A program made the translations under genes and the position numbers. A stretch of 64,000 nt of DNA from Bdellovibrionales bacterium. Lineage in GTDB: Bacteria; Bdellovibrionota; Bdellovibrionia; Bdellovibrionales; UBA1609. Each line of letters starts with the position of its first letter. The stretch's first letter is position 1. This document shows positions 52,245 to 62,876 of this stretch, one piece after another. The notes below the pieces were generated by a model. That model did not search any database. It saw only the letters and a list, made by a program, of their open reading frames with translations, and was not told the origin of the DNA. The DNA lies in assembly GCA_965219095.1 (NCBI GenBank), contig OZ244719.1:160001-224000 (forward strand), given 5' to 3'.

Positions 52245-53885
52245 ATGAAAAAATTTAAAAGATATAATGTAATTCTAGCTACTATACTATCTATTTTAAC
52301 TATCTTAGTCCATGCGGAAAGCATAGCAGAAAATATAATGGTTAAAATATCAGATGAAGACATTCAATATTTTAACGGATTTTTTACAGACTTCAAAAAA
52401 GATCCTAAAAAGATCATGGACAGACTACCTAAAAAAACTGCTTCAAGTCTAAAAAAAGTAACTTTACAATCTATAGAAGATAAAGATTATGTTTCTTATA
52501 AAGATCAGATAAGAAGTAGATTTTGCATGAAAGTTGATAAACAAGAATTTTGTCTTAACAATTTAAAAGGGCGTGTTCCTTTTCGACAAAATGATCTTGC
52601 AAAAAAATTAGTAGATAACCGTAAAAATTTTATTGATAATCTCAAAGAAATAGAAAGGGGTAATTACCTTGAAGCTAAGCTAACTGAAACTCCTTGGTCT
52701 GACGATTATTGGGCCCTTAAAAAAGGAACTTTAGGGTTTAGATATGCCGACGAACAGGTAAGATCCAAGCTTGAAAAAAAGACAAACTACACATGGGAGG
52801 ATATTTATAATTGGCACAATCAATTTCGTTCTGAATCCTATATCCCAGACGACATTTCCTTTCTATCACCTTCTGAAAAATTTGATCTTGCTTTTGGTCT
52901 TCTAGGAAGCCCTCATTCCTTGACAAAAACTATGTGGAAAAACGGAGAGGTTTTTTTCGAAGATTCTGGAAAAGTTGAGCCTTGGATGGGAATTTGTCAT
53001 GGCTGGGCGGCTGCTTCTTTCATGTATCCTAAGCCTTTAAAGGAGGTTGTCATTAAAAATGCAGATGGTATAAATATTATATTTTATCCTTCTGACATTA
53101 AAGCCTTAGGGTCTTTGCTGTGGGCTGAAGCAAAAGTTGATTCCCTCTTTGTGGGAAGTCGTTGCGATGTTAAAGACCCTGAAAAAGATGAAGTTTCAGG
53201 GAGAGTTCTTGATGAAGATTGCTTTGATACAAACCCTGGCACTTGGCACTTGGTGGTGGTCAATCAAATTGGGGTTTCAAAAAGAAGCTTTATTATGGAT
53301 GCCACCTATGATTACGAAGTTTGGAATCAACCTGTAGTTTCTTATGATTACAAATATTTCAATGTAAAAAAAGCATTTAATGAAAAAGACTATAAAATTA
53401 CTGTTACCACAGATTGGAAAAAAGCGAGAGTCCGTTATGATAAGTTTGAAAAGCTTGATCTTTTTAAGGATTTCCGAAAACGACATATGAAAAAAAATAG
53501 TTACATTGTTGGTGTTTATATGAAAGTTAAGTACTCAGTAGAACACTCTCCTAAAATTTCAGGAACAAAGGATCAGTTTCAAGTGGTCAACTACATGTAT
53601 GATTTAGAGGTTGATAGAGACGGAACTATTTTAGGAGGAGAATGGTACTCTAATGCCCATCCTGATTTTCTCTGGGTTCCTAAGAAAGGTTCAAAACCTA
53701 TATTAGGAGACATTTTTTCCATTAATCATAATACTTTCATTTCATCAGAAGGTCAGATTACAGCTTCAAAAGATATTAAGAAAATGGTAGAACGTCTGAA
53801 TCGGTACGGAATGCCTTTTGAAAGTTTTGTAAACTATCTTTTTGAAACCTCAAAACACGTAGATTCTAACTCTTCTCATCCTTAA
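52245..53885 (+). CDS. Secreted transglutaminase-elicitor-family protein (oomycete GP42-like)
   Basis: Signal peptide; PWSDDYW, SPSEKFD, WMGICHGWAAAS, NPGTWH, D...EVWNQPV, YDLE...GGEW...HPDFLW. Confidence 0.8.
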   Translation: MKKFKRYNVILATILSILTILVHAESIAENIMVKISDEDIQYFNGFFTDFKKDPKKIMDRLPKKTASSLKKVTLQSIEDKDYVSYKDQIRSRFCMKVDKQEFCLNNLKGRVPFRQNDLAKKLVDNRKNFIDNLKEIERGNYLEAKLTETPWSDDYWALKKGTLGFRYADEQVRSKLEKKTNYTWEDIYNWHNQFRSESYIPDDISFLSPSEKFDLAFGLLGSPHSLTKTMWKNGEVFFEDSGKVEPWMGICHGWAAASFMYPKPLKEVVIKNADGINIIFYPSDIKALGSLLWAEAKVDSLFVGSRCDVKDPEKDEVSGRVLDEDCFDTNPGTWHLVVVNQIGVSKRSFIMDATYDYEVWNQPVVSYDYKYFNVKKAFNEKDYKITVTTDWKKARVRYDKFEKLDLFKDFRKRHMKKNSYIVGVYMKVKYSVEHSPKISGTKDQFQVVNYMYDLEVDRDGTILGGEWYSNAHPDFLWVPKKGSKPILGDIFSINHNTFISSEGQITASKDIKKMVERLNRYGMPFESFVNYLFETSKHVDSNSSHP

Positions 53886-53914
53886 ATTTCCATAATCTAG
53901 CTAGGGTTTCATAT

Positions 53915-55576
53915 TTGTATTTTGGTTGTCTTATGAGCATGAAGTTTTATAAAAGAGCATTTTACCTGCTTTTTTTTGCAAGTATAAGTTTATCTACACT
54001 TAAAGCTCAGTGCCAAGAAAAAATACCTTCATGTCCATCTTCTTACGAAACCAATTATTTTCTCTTTTTAAACCAGAATAAGGAATTAAATAAACAAAAA
54101 GCCTATCAAGCTTATTATGAATCCAAAAAACGAAGACAATGTTTAAAAACCTGGACTGTTCTTATTTACATGCAGGCTGATAATGATCTAGAGTCCTACG
54201 CTCTTTGGGATCTTTATGAAATGGACAGGTACATTAAAGGCTTTAAAAACAAGGGAACTTCAACAGATAAGGTGGATGTTCTTGTAGAACTGGATCTTGC
54301 CAACACTCAAAAAATCCAAAGACTTCATATGTTCCAATCAAACCTTATTTACGGACAAGAATTTTTCCCAAAAACCACTCTTTCTCAAGAAGATTTCAAA
54401 GGTAAAAATATGTTGCGTCTTATTCAAAGTCCTATTGTAAAATTCATAGAAGAAAAACCCCTCAACACCTTTCAATCACAAAAAAAAAGATTTGAAGATT
54501 TTTTGTATTGGGGTACTCAAAATTACCCTTCAGAGTATTATATGGTGATTTTATGGGGGCATGGCAGGGGATATTTCAATGATATAAAGAAATCCCCTCA
54601 AACAAGAGGACAGGTTGAACCCTCTTCCTCCATAGAATCCTCATTTTTAGGGGGTGTGGCTTTTGATTATAGCAATTTATCTTTTTTAGACATCCCTTCC
54701 TTACAGGAAGTCTTACAGAATACCAATAGTCATTTATCTTCTAATCAAAAAATTAATGTTATAGCTATGGATGCCTGTTTAATGCAAACCCTAGAGGTAG
54801 ATTTAAGTTTATCCAAGGAGGTTGATTACATTCTAGCTTCCTCTCAAGTACAAAATTACATGGGGCTTCCCTATAGAGCTTTATGGGATGAACTTAATGA
54901 AAAAGCTGTTAGCTTAACACCCTATGATTGGGTGAAGGCTGTTCCTAAACTCTTTGAAACATTTTTAAAGAAAAAACGTATTTACAAAAGCAAGCTCTGG
55001 AATCAGTCTTCTTCCTCTTTCACTTATAGTGGGATTTCCACAGCTGAGTTAAATATCAAAGGACCTTATATGAATTTCATAAAACTTTTTATGAAATTTT
55101 CTGAAACCCTTCACAATTATTTAAAAAAGGGATCCCCTATGAGAAAAAGCTTTTTTCTTTTAGAGCTTCAAAAAACTCCCTACTTTATAGGAAATTATAG
55201 AGATATTGGAAACTTAATAGGAACTGTTTTGTTATTTTTAGAAACTGAACAGTCTACTAAAAACTGTAATAAAGAGACAAGGATCATCAACAAAGATTAT
55301 GCCATAGGCTGTAAGCTAAAGGAGCAATCCTATGAACTTTTAAATAAGCTCAATATGATTCTAACGACTTACTCTTATGGGGAAAATTATGTTCAAAATG
55401 ACAGAACTAATAAGAAAGACATATATTTTCTAGGGTTTTTTAAAGGGTTTTCTGTCTGGTTTCCTGATTCACAACAAAAATTTAATTTAAGCTGGGATTA
55501 CATGAAAGCCTCTCCTCTTCTAAAATATGAAAATCCGTGGAAAGATTTATTGATCTATCTTTTTAAGAAAAATTAA
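53915..55576 (+). CDS. Secreted clostripain-like cysteine peptidase (C11); start probably ATG 53933 or 53939
   Basis: WTVLIYMQADNDL, ILWGHGRG (His), MDACLMQTLEV (Cys). Confidence 0.88.
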   Translation: MYFGCLMSMKFYKRAFYLLFFASISLSTLKAQCQEKIPSCPSSYETNYFLFLNQNKELNKQKAYQAYYESKKRRQCLKTWTVLIYMQADNDLESYALWDLYEMDRYIKGFKNKGTSTDKVDVLVELDLANTQKIQRLHMFQSNLIYGQEFFPKTTLSQEDFKGKNMLRLIQSPIVKFIEEKPLNTFQSQKKRFEDFLYWGTQNYPSEYYMVILWGHGRGYFNDIKKSPQTRGQVEPSSSIESSFLGGVAFDYSNLSFLDIPSLQEVLQNTNSHLSSNQKINVIAMDACLMQTLEVDLSLSKEVDYILASSQVQNYMGLPYRALWDELNEKAVSLTPYDWVKAVPKLFETFLKKKRIYKSKLWNQSSSSFTYSGISTAELNIKGPYMNFIKLFMKFSETLHNYLKKGSPMRKSFFLLELQKTPYFIGNYRDIGNLIGTVLLFLETEQSTKNCNKETRIINKDYAIGCKLKEQSYELLNKLNMILTTYSYGENYVQNDRTNKKDIYFLGFFKGFSVWFPDSQQKFNLSWDYMKASPLLKYENPWKDLLIYLFKKN

Positions 55577-55582
55577 TGTATA

Positions 55583-55652
55583 TAGTGAATACGCTTAGAT
55601 TTTCCGGTCGATTCTTTAGAGAAAAAACCTGAAAACTTAAACGGAAGCACTA
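55583..55652. mobile_element. 70-bp IS630-derived MITE, copy 3, abutting IS630-1
   Basis: Near reverse complement of copy 2; TA on both sides. Confidence 0.88.
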
Positions 55653-55654
55653 TA

Positions 55655-56738
55655 TAGTGCTTCCGCTTAGGTTTTCCGTTTTTTTTTGAGTTGAGGTCTA
55701 GTTTTTATTCTAAGGCCTTGATAAAAAGTCATTTATTTTTAAAAATAGTTTCATATGTCAGGGTTTCTATCAAAAAAAGAGCGAAAAGATTTACTCTATG
55801 AACTATCTCTAGAGAAAAATCTTAAATACGCAAAAAGGATTATGACAATCCTCCATTTAGATAAAGGTAAGTTGTGTAAAGATATTGCCTGCTTTCTTTT
55901 CATTGATGAGGGCACGATAAGAGCCTGTAGAGATCGTTATAACAAAGGTGGGATAGAGTGCTTAATCAACGACAATTATAACCCTAAAAGGTCCTTTTTA
56001 ACTAAGAAAGAGGAGAAAATGCTTTTAAAGGAATTAGAGAAAAGAATTTTTCCATCATCACAGACCGTTATTCAGTTCATTGAGGAGAATTTTGGTGTTA
56101 CGTACTCAACAAGTGGTGTAATTGATCTTCTCCATCGCCTTGGTTTTTCTTATAAAAAAGCCACAGCGATACCGGGTAAGGTAAAGAAAGAAGAGCAGGA
56201 AAAGTTTGTGCGTAAATACAAGAGAATTAAGAAGAAAGACGGTCCTGTTTACTTTGCTGATTCCACACATCCTAAGTGGGGCCCTACGATTTCATATGGT
56301 TGGATAAGAGAGGGTAAGAAGTTTGAAGTGAAGACCAATTCAGGCTGGAGAAAAAGAGTGAATGTTTGTGGAGCTATTGAGATCAATAGTTTGAAGACGG
56401 TAGTCAGGAGTTATAAGACAGTTAACGAAGTTTTTCTATGTGATATGCTCTATCATATTCATTAAGAAGTATTCCGATGAAAAAGAGATTCATCTTATCT
56501 TAGATGGGGCCGGATACAATAGATCGAAGTCTGTCAAGAAGTTCGCGAAAGAGTTGAATATAAAACTTGTTTATCTTCTTCCGTACTCACCGAATTTAAA
56601 TCCTATAGAAAGGCTTTGGAAGTTTATGAAAAAAGAGGTCACGGCGAATCGATATTATGAAAACTATGACGATTTCAAGGGAAGTTTAAGTCAATTTTTT
56701 AGAGGAATACGAAAACACAGGCCTAAATTAGAAACTTT
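55655..56738 (+). mobile_element. IS630-1 copy 2, 3'-truncated (ORFs 55755-56465 and 56440-56829)
   Basis: Near-identical to 8406-9544; sequence switches to IS1634-C at about 56738. Confidence 0.9.
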
Positions 56739-57225
56739 TAAAAAACTTTGGAAGATAGAAGAATCGTTTCGAATCAACAAACACACTCTTAAAATGGGCT
56801 CCTCCCGGGAATCTGTGGGTGAAAAGTAGTAGAAATCCTCCAAAAAGGCTCATATTAATCAAAGTAAGAGTAAGACATCCTATCTTGTATTTTTGAGTTC
56901 TTTGAGGCCTTTACTGGCCTCTATCACCTCCGGTGATTGAACTCAAAAACATTCTTTTATTTGCTGTATTACATTAAAATTTTAAAAAAGAAGCACCTAC
57001 TTCCCAGATGCCTTAAAATGTTATTCAAAAAAAAAAAAAAAAGGAGGGAAGAGATGCTTTTGAAGACTATACTAAATGATTGTTTAAAATGGAAGTCTTT
57101 TGTATACGGAGACATTTATTTTTCAAAAGATAGAAAGTCAATTAATGTTCCTATTAAGGCTCGTAAAAATGGCCAAGCTTTTTGTAGTGTTTGTAAGAAG
57201 CTCTGTTCAGTGTATGACAGCAGTA

Positions 57226-58631
57226 ATACCATTTCCAAAAATTAATTCGACATTCTTTTAACGCATAGCGTCCTGGCTTTTTGATCAAACTCTGTTAAAT
57301 TTTTAGAGTGTCGAAAAAAGATTTAGTTACACAGATTCAAGGGTATAATTTTCTAGCTACTTACAAAGTAGAAAGAAGTGCCAACATCAAGATAAAACTC
57401 CAAGCTTTGCAGCATATGCAAGAAGGAAAATCGATTCAAGAAACAGCAAGTATAGTTTTCTATCACAGTCACAGTATCAAATCCTGGTTACAGTCTTTTG
57501 TAGACTTTGATTACGAGGGGTTGATAGATCGAGAAGGCAGAGGGCGCAAGCCTCGTTTACCAGTGACAGAAGAAGAGAACTTCAAAATCAAGTTAGATGA
57601 AATTCAAGACACAAGAGAAGGAGGAAGCATAGGAGCAAAGGGAATACAGGAACTTTTAGCAAATGAATTTGACTGTTGCTATTCTCTTTCTGGGGTTTAT
57701 GCTCTTTTAGACCGTCTTAATATTGTATGGATCAGTGGTCGTTCTCTTCATCCTAAAACTTCACAAGAAGCTATGGAACAGTTTAAGGAACATTTTCCAG
57801 AAGAGGTGGAGAAAATAAAGGAAAAGATTCAGACTCATAAAATAGAGATTTGGTGGCAGGATGAATGCAGAATAGGCCAGCAAGGTTCTTTAAGCAGGAT
57901 TTGGGCAAGAAAAGGCACACGACCTAGAGTTGTGAGACAAAGACAATTTTTATCCACTTATATTTTTGGAGCAGTTTGTCCGGATAAAGATAAAGGCTGT
58001 GCTTGGGTTTTACCGGAATGTAATTCAGGGATGATGCAAATTCACTTAGATGAGATATCTAAAAATATTCAAGAAAACTATCATGGAATTGTTTTAATGG
58101 ACAGAGCCAGTTGGCATACCACAGAGACTTTGATAGTTCCTAAGAATTTATCCCTGATGCCTTTACCTCCTTATAGTCCAGAATTAAATCCCATGGAACA
58201 AGTCTGGCAACAATTACGAAGGATCAAATTATCGAATGCATGTTTTAAAAACTATGACCATATACTGAATACTTGTTGTGAGGCCTGGAATACTTTTTGC
58301 GATCAGGAGGGCAGGATTAAAAAATTATGCACTCGATCTTGGGCAAAACAACAAGATGAATCAAGCTTGTAAATTAATTTGAACCTATAAATTAAATTGC
58401 GTAACTGATTTTTTTCATTTTACATCTTAACCTCACTTTTTTACACTTATTTTAACCCATCAATCGATTCACACAACAATAGATATACATAAAATAAACA
58501 TATCTTATGAAAACTCAACCTCCCTTCAAAAAAAACTTTTTTAAAGCCTCCTAATTGAAACTTTTCCTTAAGTCAATTTTAAAATTTTAAATTTGAACAT
58601 GAAAATGTCGAATTAATTTCTGTAATTGGTA
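57226..58631 (+). mobile_element. IS630-2, complete
   Basis: TIR ATACCATTTCCAAAAATTAATTCGACATT / AATGTCGAATTAATTTCTGTAATTGGTA; TA TSD; removal restores the ISL3 frame. Confidence 0.93.
57308..58372 (+). CDS. IS630-family transposase, 354 aa
   Basis: WQDECRIG, MDRASWH, LPPYSPELNPMEQVW. Confidence 0.93.
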   Translation: MSKKDLVTQIQGYNFLATYKVERSANIKIKLQALQHMQEGKSIQETASIVFYHSHSIKSWLQSFVDFDYEGLIDREGRGRKPRLPVTEEENFKIKLDEIQDTREGGSIGAKGIQELLANEFDCCYSLSGVYALLDRLNIVWISGRSLHPKTSQEAMEQFKEHFPEEVEKIKEKIQTHKIEIWWQDECRIGQQGSLSRIWARKGTRPRVVRQRQFLSTYIFGAVCPDKDKGCAWVLPECNSGMMQIHLDEISKNIQENYHGIVLMDRASWHTTETLIVPKNLSLMPLPPYSPELNPMEQVWQQLRRIKLSNACFKNYDHILNTCCEAWNTFCDQEGRIKKLCTRSWAKQQDESSL

Positions 58632-60201
58632 TAAATCATCACGGGACTTTGAATCCCTTCCTATTTTAAGTTACAGGGTGTTTTTTGTTTATTTTGTAAG
58701 AAGAGTTAATTGTCCTTGCTGTGGGGTAAAAGTTGAGTATTTACCTTGGGCCGATGGTAAGAAGAGTTTAACGATCTTTTACATGAAGTACTTAGCAGAC
58801 TGGTGTCGTCACCTGTCTTGGAAAGAGGTTTCTTGTAAGTTTCATGTCAGTTGGAATCAGGTCTATGCTTCGGTAGAATGGGTCGTAGAATATGGTTTAA
58901 AACAAAGGGTTTTAAAGGGAATACAAGCTATAGGTGTAGATGAAATACAATGGAAAAAGAACCATCAGTATCTCACCTTAGTCTATGAAATAAGCAAAGA
59001 AAGTGTTCGTTTGCTATGGATAGGAGAAAAAAAACAGAAAAGAGTTTTAGAAAATTCTTTGATTTACTAGGAGAGAAGTCAAAAGAGATACGGTTTGTGT
59101 GCTCTGACATGTGGAAGCCTTATTTAAAAGTCATAAAGGAGAGGGCAAGTCAAGCTTTGAATATATTAGATCGGTTTCATATCGTAGCAAGACTCAATAA
59201 GGCTTTAGACGAAGTGAGAGCTTCAAAACACAAAAAAATGAAAGAAGATGGGTATGAACCCCTTTTAAGAAAAGCTAGATGGCCCTTGTTAAAAAATGCA
59301 GAAAATTTAAAATCTTATGAAAAAGTAAAATTAAGGCATTTAATACAGTACAATTTAAAAAGTATCCGCTGTTATCTTTTAAAAGAAGACTTCCGACAGT
59401 TATGGACCTATGTTTCACCAACTTGGGCTGGTAAATTTATAGACAGTTGGACGAGACGAGTCATGCTTTCAAAAATTGAACCTATGAAAAGAGAAGCAAA
59501 AACCATACGAAGACATAAGCTACTTATTCTTAATTACTTCAAGGCTAAAAAAACCTTCTCCTCAGGGATTGTAGAGGGTTTAAACAACAAAGTAAAACTC
59601 ACTATGAGAAAATCTTACGGCTTTAGAACCTCTAAAGCTATAAAAATCGCCTTATATCATAACCTTGGAAAACTGCCAGAACCTCCGGGAACCCACAGAT
59701 TCTTTTGAGGAGGCTTAAAATGAGACCTATCTTTCACCAGATTTCAAGAAGAATAAGAGCCCACATTTTGATCTGCTATCTTTCTTATATTGTCTTAAGG
59801 TATACAGAGCTTTCTTTGAAATCAAAAGGCTTAAATTATGGAGTAGAAACCTTAATTAGAATATTATGTGAGGTGGAAAAGTGGATTCTAAAGAATTCAA
59901 AAACAAAACAAAAATATATGATCTTTAAAGAACTATCGAAAGAGGCTAAGAAAATTTACCAAGCTTTTGATATTCAAAGACAGGAGCTTGCATATCGACT
60001 AGAAAACACCTAAGCTCTTGACTATAGCGAAAAGTGTTGCGTGTCCTGAAAATTAAAAATCTTGTAATATTAGGTGGTTAGAAGTTGCGCACTGCTCCGA
60101 ACCGATAAAGTCAGGATAAAGTCAGGAAAAAATATAAAATGCATTGATTCACTTTTTGATAAACATTTTAAACTCATCAATAATCTTTTTTGTAATTGGT
60201 G

Positions 60202-61323
60202 TTACTCATCATAAAGGAATTTTAGTTTTACAGTCTTAGAATAAGGGACAGCTTGGCAAGTGAGAGCTTTTTTTTCGTTAATATCAGAATCTGTCAAGAT
60301 AGCTTGTTCATCTTGCTTTACAAGACCTTCTTCAACTATAGCTGCACAAGATGTACAAGCCCCTGCCATACAAGAAAAAGGGGGACTATAACCTTCATTT
60401 AAAAAAGTCTCTAATATGTTCATATCTTTTTTTGCATTTACTTTCACTTCCTCACCATCTAAAAAAGCCACTAAAGTTTCTGGAGAAAGGGAGGGTTCTC
60501 CCGTACCTATAAATACACTTTCAGAATCTAACAAAGTTTTAGAATGATGATCTGAAAGTTCTTTCTTAGGCTCTGTAGGATGAGGAGCATGGTACCATTC
60601 TATATGAATTCTTTTCTCTTCAATTCCACAATCAAGAATAGTTTTTTGAGCTGTTTTCATCATGATTTCAGGACCGCAAATATAAAATGTCATAGGAAGT
60701 ATTTTTGTTTTTAAGTCCTCAACCATTTCTTTTATATCTTCTTCTGATATTCTGCCTCTTCGACCTTCCCACTTGTTAGAGGCTTGGCTTAAAAAATGTG
60801 TTACAAAAAGACGATTTTTATACTTTTCTTCTAAAGAATCTAACTCCTTTTTAAAAATGATATCTTCCTCAAATCGATTTCCGTAAAAAAGTGTTGCTTT
60901 ATTATCTTTGTTCTCAATAAGTACTGTTTTCAAAATACTAAAAAGAGGGGTGATGCCACTTCCGGCCCCTATTAAAACGTAATGAAGAGATTCTATGTTT
61001 TCACTTGTATCAAAGAAATGACCTTGAGGAGTTGTAACCTCTAAAAAATCTCCTTCTTTAAGACTATCGACTACATAAACAGAGGTTTTGCCACGAGGGA
61101 TTTTTTTTACAGCAAATTCCATGTCTTGATCTGTATAAGGACATGAGGCAATAGAATAGCCTCTTCCAATTTTACGACCATCAATGTTTAAAATAGCTGT
61201 TAAATATTGGCCACAGACATAATGAAAAACTGACTTTAATTCCTTAGGTATTTCTAGAGTGAAAATAGTTGCGTTATCTGATATATTTTCTTTTTTCTTA
61301 ATTTTTAACCTATGGGTTTTCAT
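60202..61323 (-). CDS. FAD/NAD-binding oxidoreductase with C-terminal 2Fe-2S ferredoxin (PaaE-like)
   Basis: RGYSIAS, GAGSGITP, YICGP, SCMAGACTSC...LTCQ. Confidence 0.9.
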   Translation of the reverse strand: MKTHRLKIKKKENISDNATIFTLEIPKELKSVFHYVCGQYLTAILNIDGRKIGRGYSIASCPYTDQDMEFAVKKIPRGKTSVYVVDSLKEGDFLEVTTPQGHFFDTSENIESLHYVLIGAGSGITPLFSILKTVLIENKDNKATLFYGNRFEEDIIFKKELDSLEEKYKNRLFVTHFLSQASNKWEGRRGRISEEDIKEMVEDLKTKILPMTFYICGPEIMMKTAQKTILDCGIEEKRIHIEWYHAPHPTEPKKELSDHHSKTLLDSESVFIGTGEPSLSPETLVAFLDGEEVKVNAKKDMNILETFLNEGYSPPFSCMAGACTSCAAIVEEGLVKQDEQAILTDSDINEKKALTCQAVPYSKTVKLKFLYDE

Positions 61324-61953
61324 TTAAAAACGTCTCATCAAGCTTACTACAAAACCTTCAATACGAACCTGATCATAACTATAGTACAAAGATTCCATAC
61401 CTTCACAAGAAGGTCTTAATTCAATACAATCTTTATGTTTGTACATTTTTTTAACTGTAGCACCTTCTTCAACACTAGCTACAACAAGGCTTCCGTTATC
61501 GTAGTGAATCTTTTTTCGGATCAAAAGAACATCTCCTTCTAAAATACCTTCATCGATCATAGATTGTCCTTCCACTTCAAGAGCAAAAATATCTTTATGA
61601 TTTTGTGTCAAATGATCTGAAACCTCTATAAATTCACCTGAGTGAACTCTTTCTAAAGGACGTCCTGCAGCGACTTTTCCTAAAAAAGCAATGACGTTTG
61701 CGGAAAAAGCTTCATTCTTTGAGGGTTTAAAGTTGTGAGAACGTAAAACTTTTAAGGCACGTTTTTTATTTTGCCCCGGAGAATAAAGGTATCCTTTCTT
61801 TTGAAGTTGTTTAATGTATTTTTGCACTGAATTGATAGAAGCATATTGAAAGTGCTCTTGTATTTCTATAAAAGAAGGGGAATAACCTCGATCTTCATAA
61901 AACGTTTCTACAAATTGTAAAAAATCTTTCTCTTTAGGCGTAAGAGATGTCAT
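61324..61953 (-). CDS. lexA: LexA repressor (start ATG 61953 after AGGAGG)
   Basis: GYSPSFIEI, VAAG cleavage site, GQSM, ATVK. Confidence 0.93.
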   Translation of the reverse strand: MTSLTPKEKDFLQFVETFYEDRGYSPSFIEIQEHFQYASINSVQKYIKQLQKKGYLYSPGQNKKRALKVLRSHNFKPSKNEAFSANVIAFLGKVAAGRPLERVHSGEFIEVSDHLTQNHKDIFALEVEGQSMIDEGILEGDVLLIRKKIHYDNGSLVVASVEEGATVKKMYKHKDCIELRPSCEGMESLYYSYDQVRIEGFVVSLMRRF

Positions 61954-62048
61954 ACATACGTACCTCCTCCTTTTTTCTTTCTTCAGAATAGATGTAAGTT
62001 TTTTATAAGTCAAGATAAAAAGCAGTTAGGAGTAAAAAAACACCTTTA

Positions 62049-62717
62049 TCACCAAAATAATGTAAAATGACCTTTTAAAACTTTATTGATCTCTTTCTTT
62101 TTAAGAACGAGGTTGTCTCTTGACGAAGGGGCTCTTACCATTTTTAATGAATAAAGTACCCACCTTTTAGGCCAAAAACCATAAAAATTCTTCATGGTCA
62201 AAGTGCTTTGTTCCCCTAACAAAACAGGAACCCTTAGGTCGGCTTTCTTCAACTCCTTTTTATTAGGTAGCAAAACCTCTTTGATCATCTCAGAGTTTCT
62301 ATTGTACTGGCAAGGAATCACAATATGCATTTCCACAGGTGCTCCTGAAACGGAAAGTCCATCTCCATGAAACTTAAGTTTTATGAAGCGATAAAAATCG
62401 CAGGCAAACTCTTTTTTCCCTAAAGCGTTAATTCTTATAAAATGCCCTAAAGCAATGGATTGTTGATCTCCTTTTTGAATCGTTTTAGCTCCCAGCAACA
62501 ATCTTCTGATACTTGCACTCTTAAAATGAACACCCTTAAATTGAGAGATATCTAATTTAGATTCAATGGCCGCAAGCTCACGATGATCTCCTCCCTCTTC
62601 CGAAAAAGGATAAAAAAAGACCTTTCCATCCCAAGAGTTTAAAGTAAAAAATCCCCCTAAAGCCATACCAAGAAGCAAAACACTAAGTGCTAAAAACCCT
62701 CTTTTCATTCCTTTCAT
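62049..62717 (-). CDS. Hypothetical exported/membrane-anchored protein
   Basis: 222-aa ORF with N-terminal hydrophobic helix. Confidence 0.65.
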   Translation of the reverse strand: MKGMKRGFLALSVLLLGMALGGFFTLNSWDGKVFFYPFSEEGGDHRELAAIESKLDISQFKGVHFKSASIRRLLLGAKTIQKGDQQSIALGHFIRINALGKKEFACDFYRFIKLKFHGDGLSVSGAPVEMHIVIPCQYNRNSEMIKEVLLPNKKELKKADLRVPVLLGEQSTLTMKNFYGFWPKRWVLYSLKMVRAPSSRDNLVLKKKEINKVLKGHFTLFW

Positions 62718-62850
62718 CCCTCTTTTTATTCTATAGGATTTCCACCAAAAAAAAAGCCCTACTCGCTAAAAGACTTGTTTAGGGACAGCTTTGTTTCAAG
62801 AGAGAATCTGAACAAAACCCCTAGGAGTACAAAAAAGAAAATAAGGGATA

Positions 62851-62876
62851 ATACCAATTACAGAAATTAATTCGAC
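62851..62876 (-). mobile_element. IS630-2 right TIR stub (IS110-A insertion site)
   Basis: ATACCAATTACAGAAATTAATTCGAC. Confidence 0.8.

Larger units (their letters stand above)
56797..59714 (+). mobile_element. ISL3-family element; transposase (about 57053-59708) split by IS630-2 and a frameshift
   Basis: TIR GGCTCCTC..GAATCTGTGGGT; 8-bp TSD TTAAAATG; IGVDE, CSDMWKPY, DRFHIV, EGLNNKVK. Confidence 0.92.
56739..60115 (+). pseudogene. IS1634-C transposase 3' fragment and right end, split by ISL3
   Basis: KLWKIEESFRINKHTLKM|RPIFHQISRRIRAHILICYL reads across the ISL3 TSD. Confidence 0.85.

Noticed and set aside
60104..60126. 11-bp tandem duplication GATAAAGTCAG
   Set aside because: Duplicated tip of the IS1634-C end; no further structure
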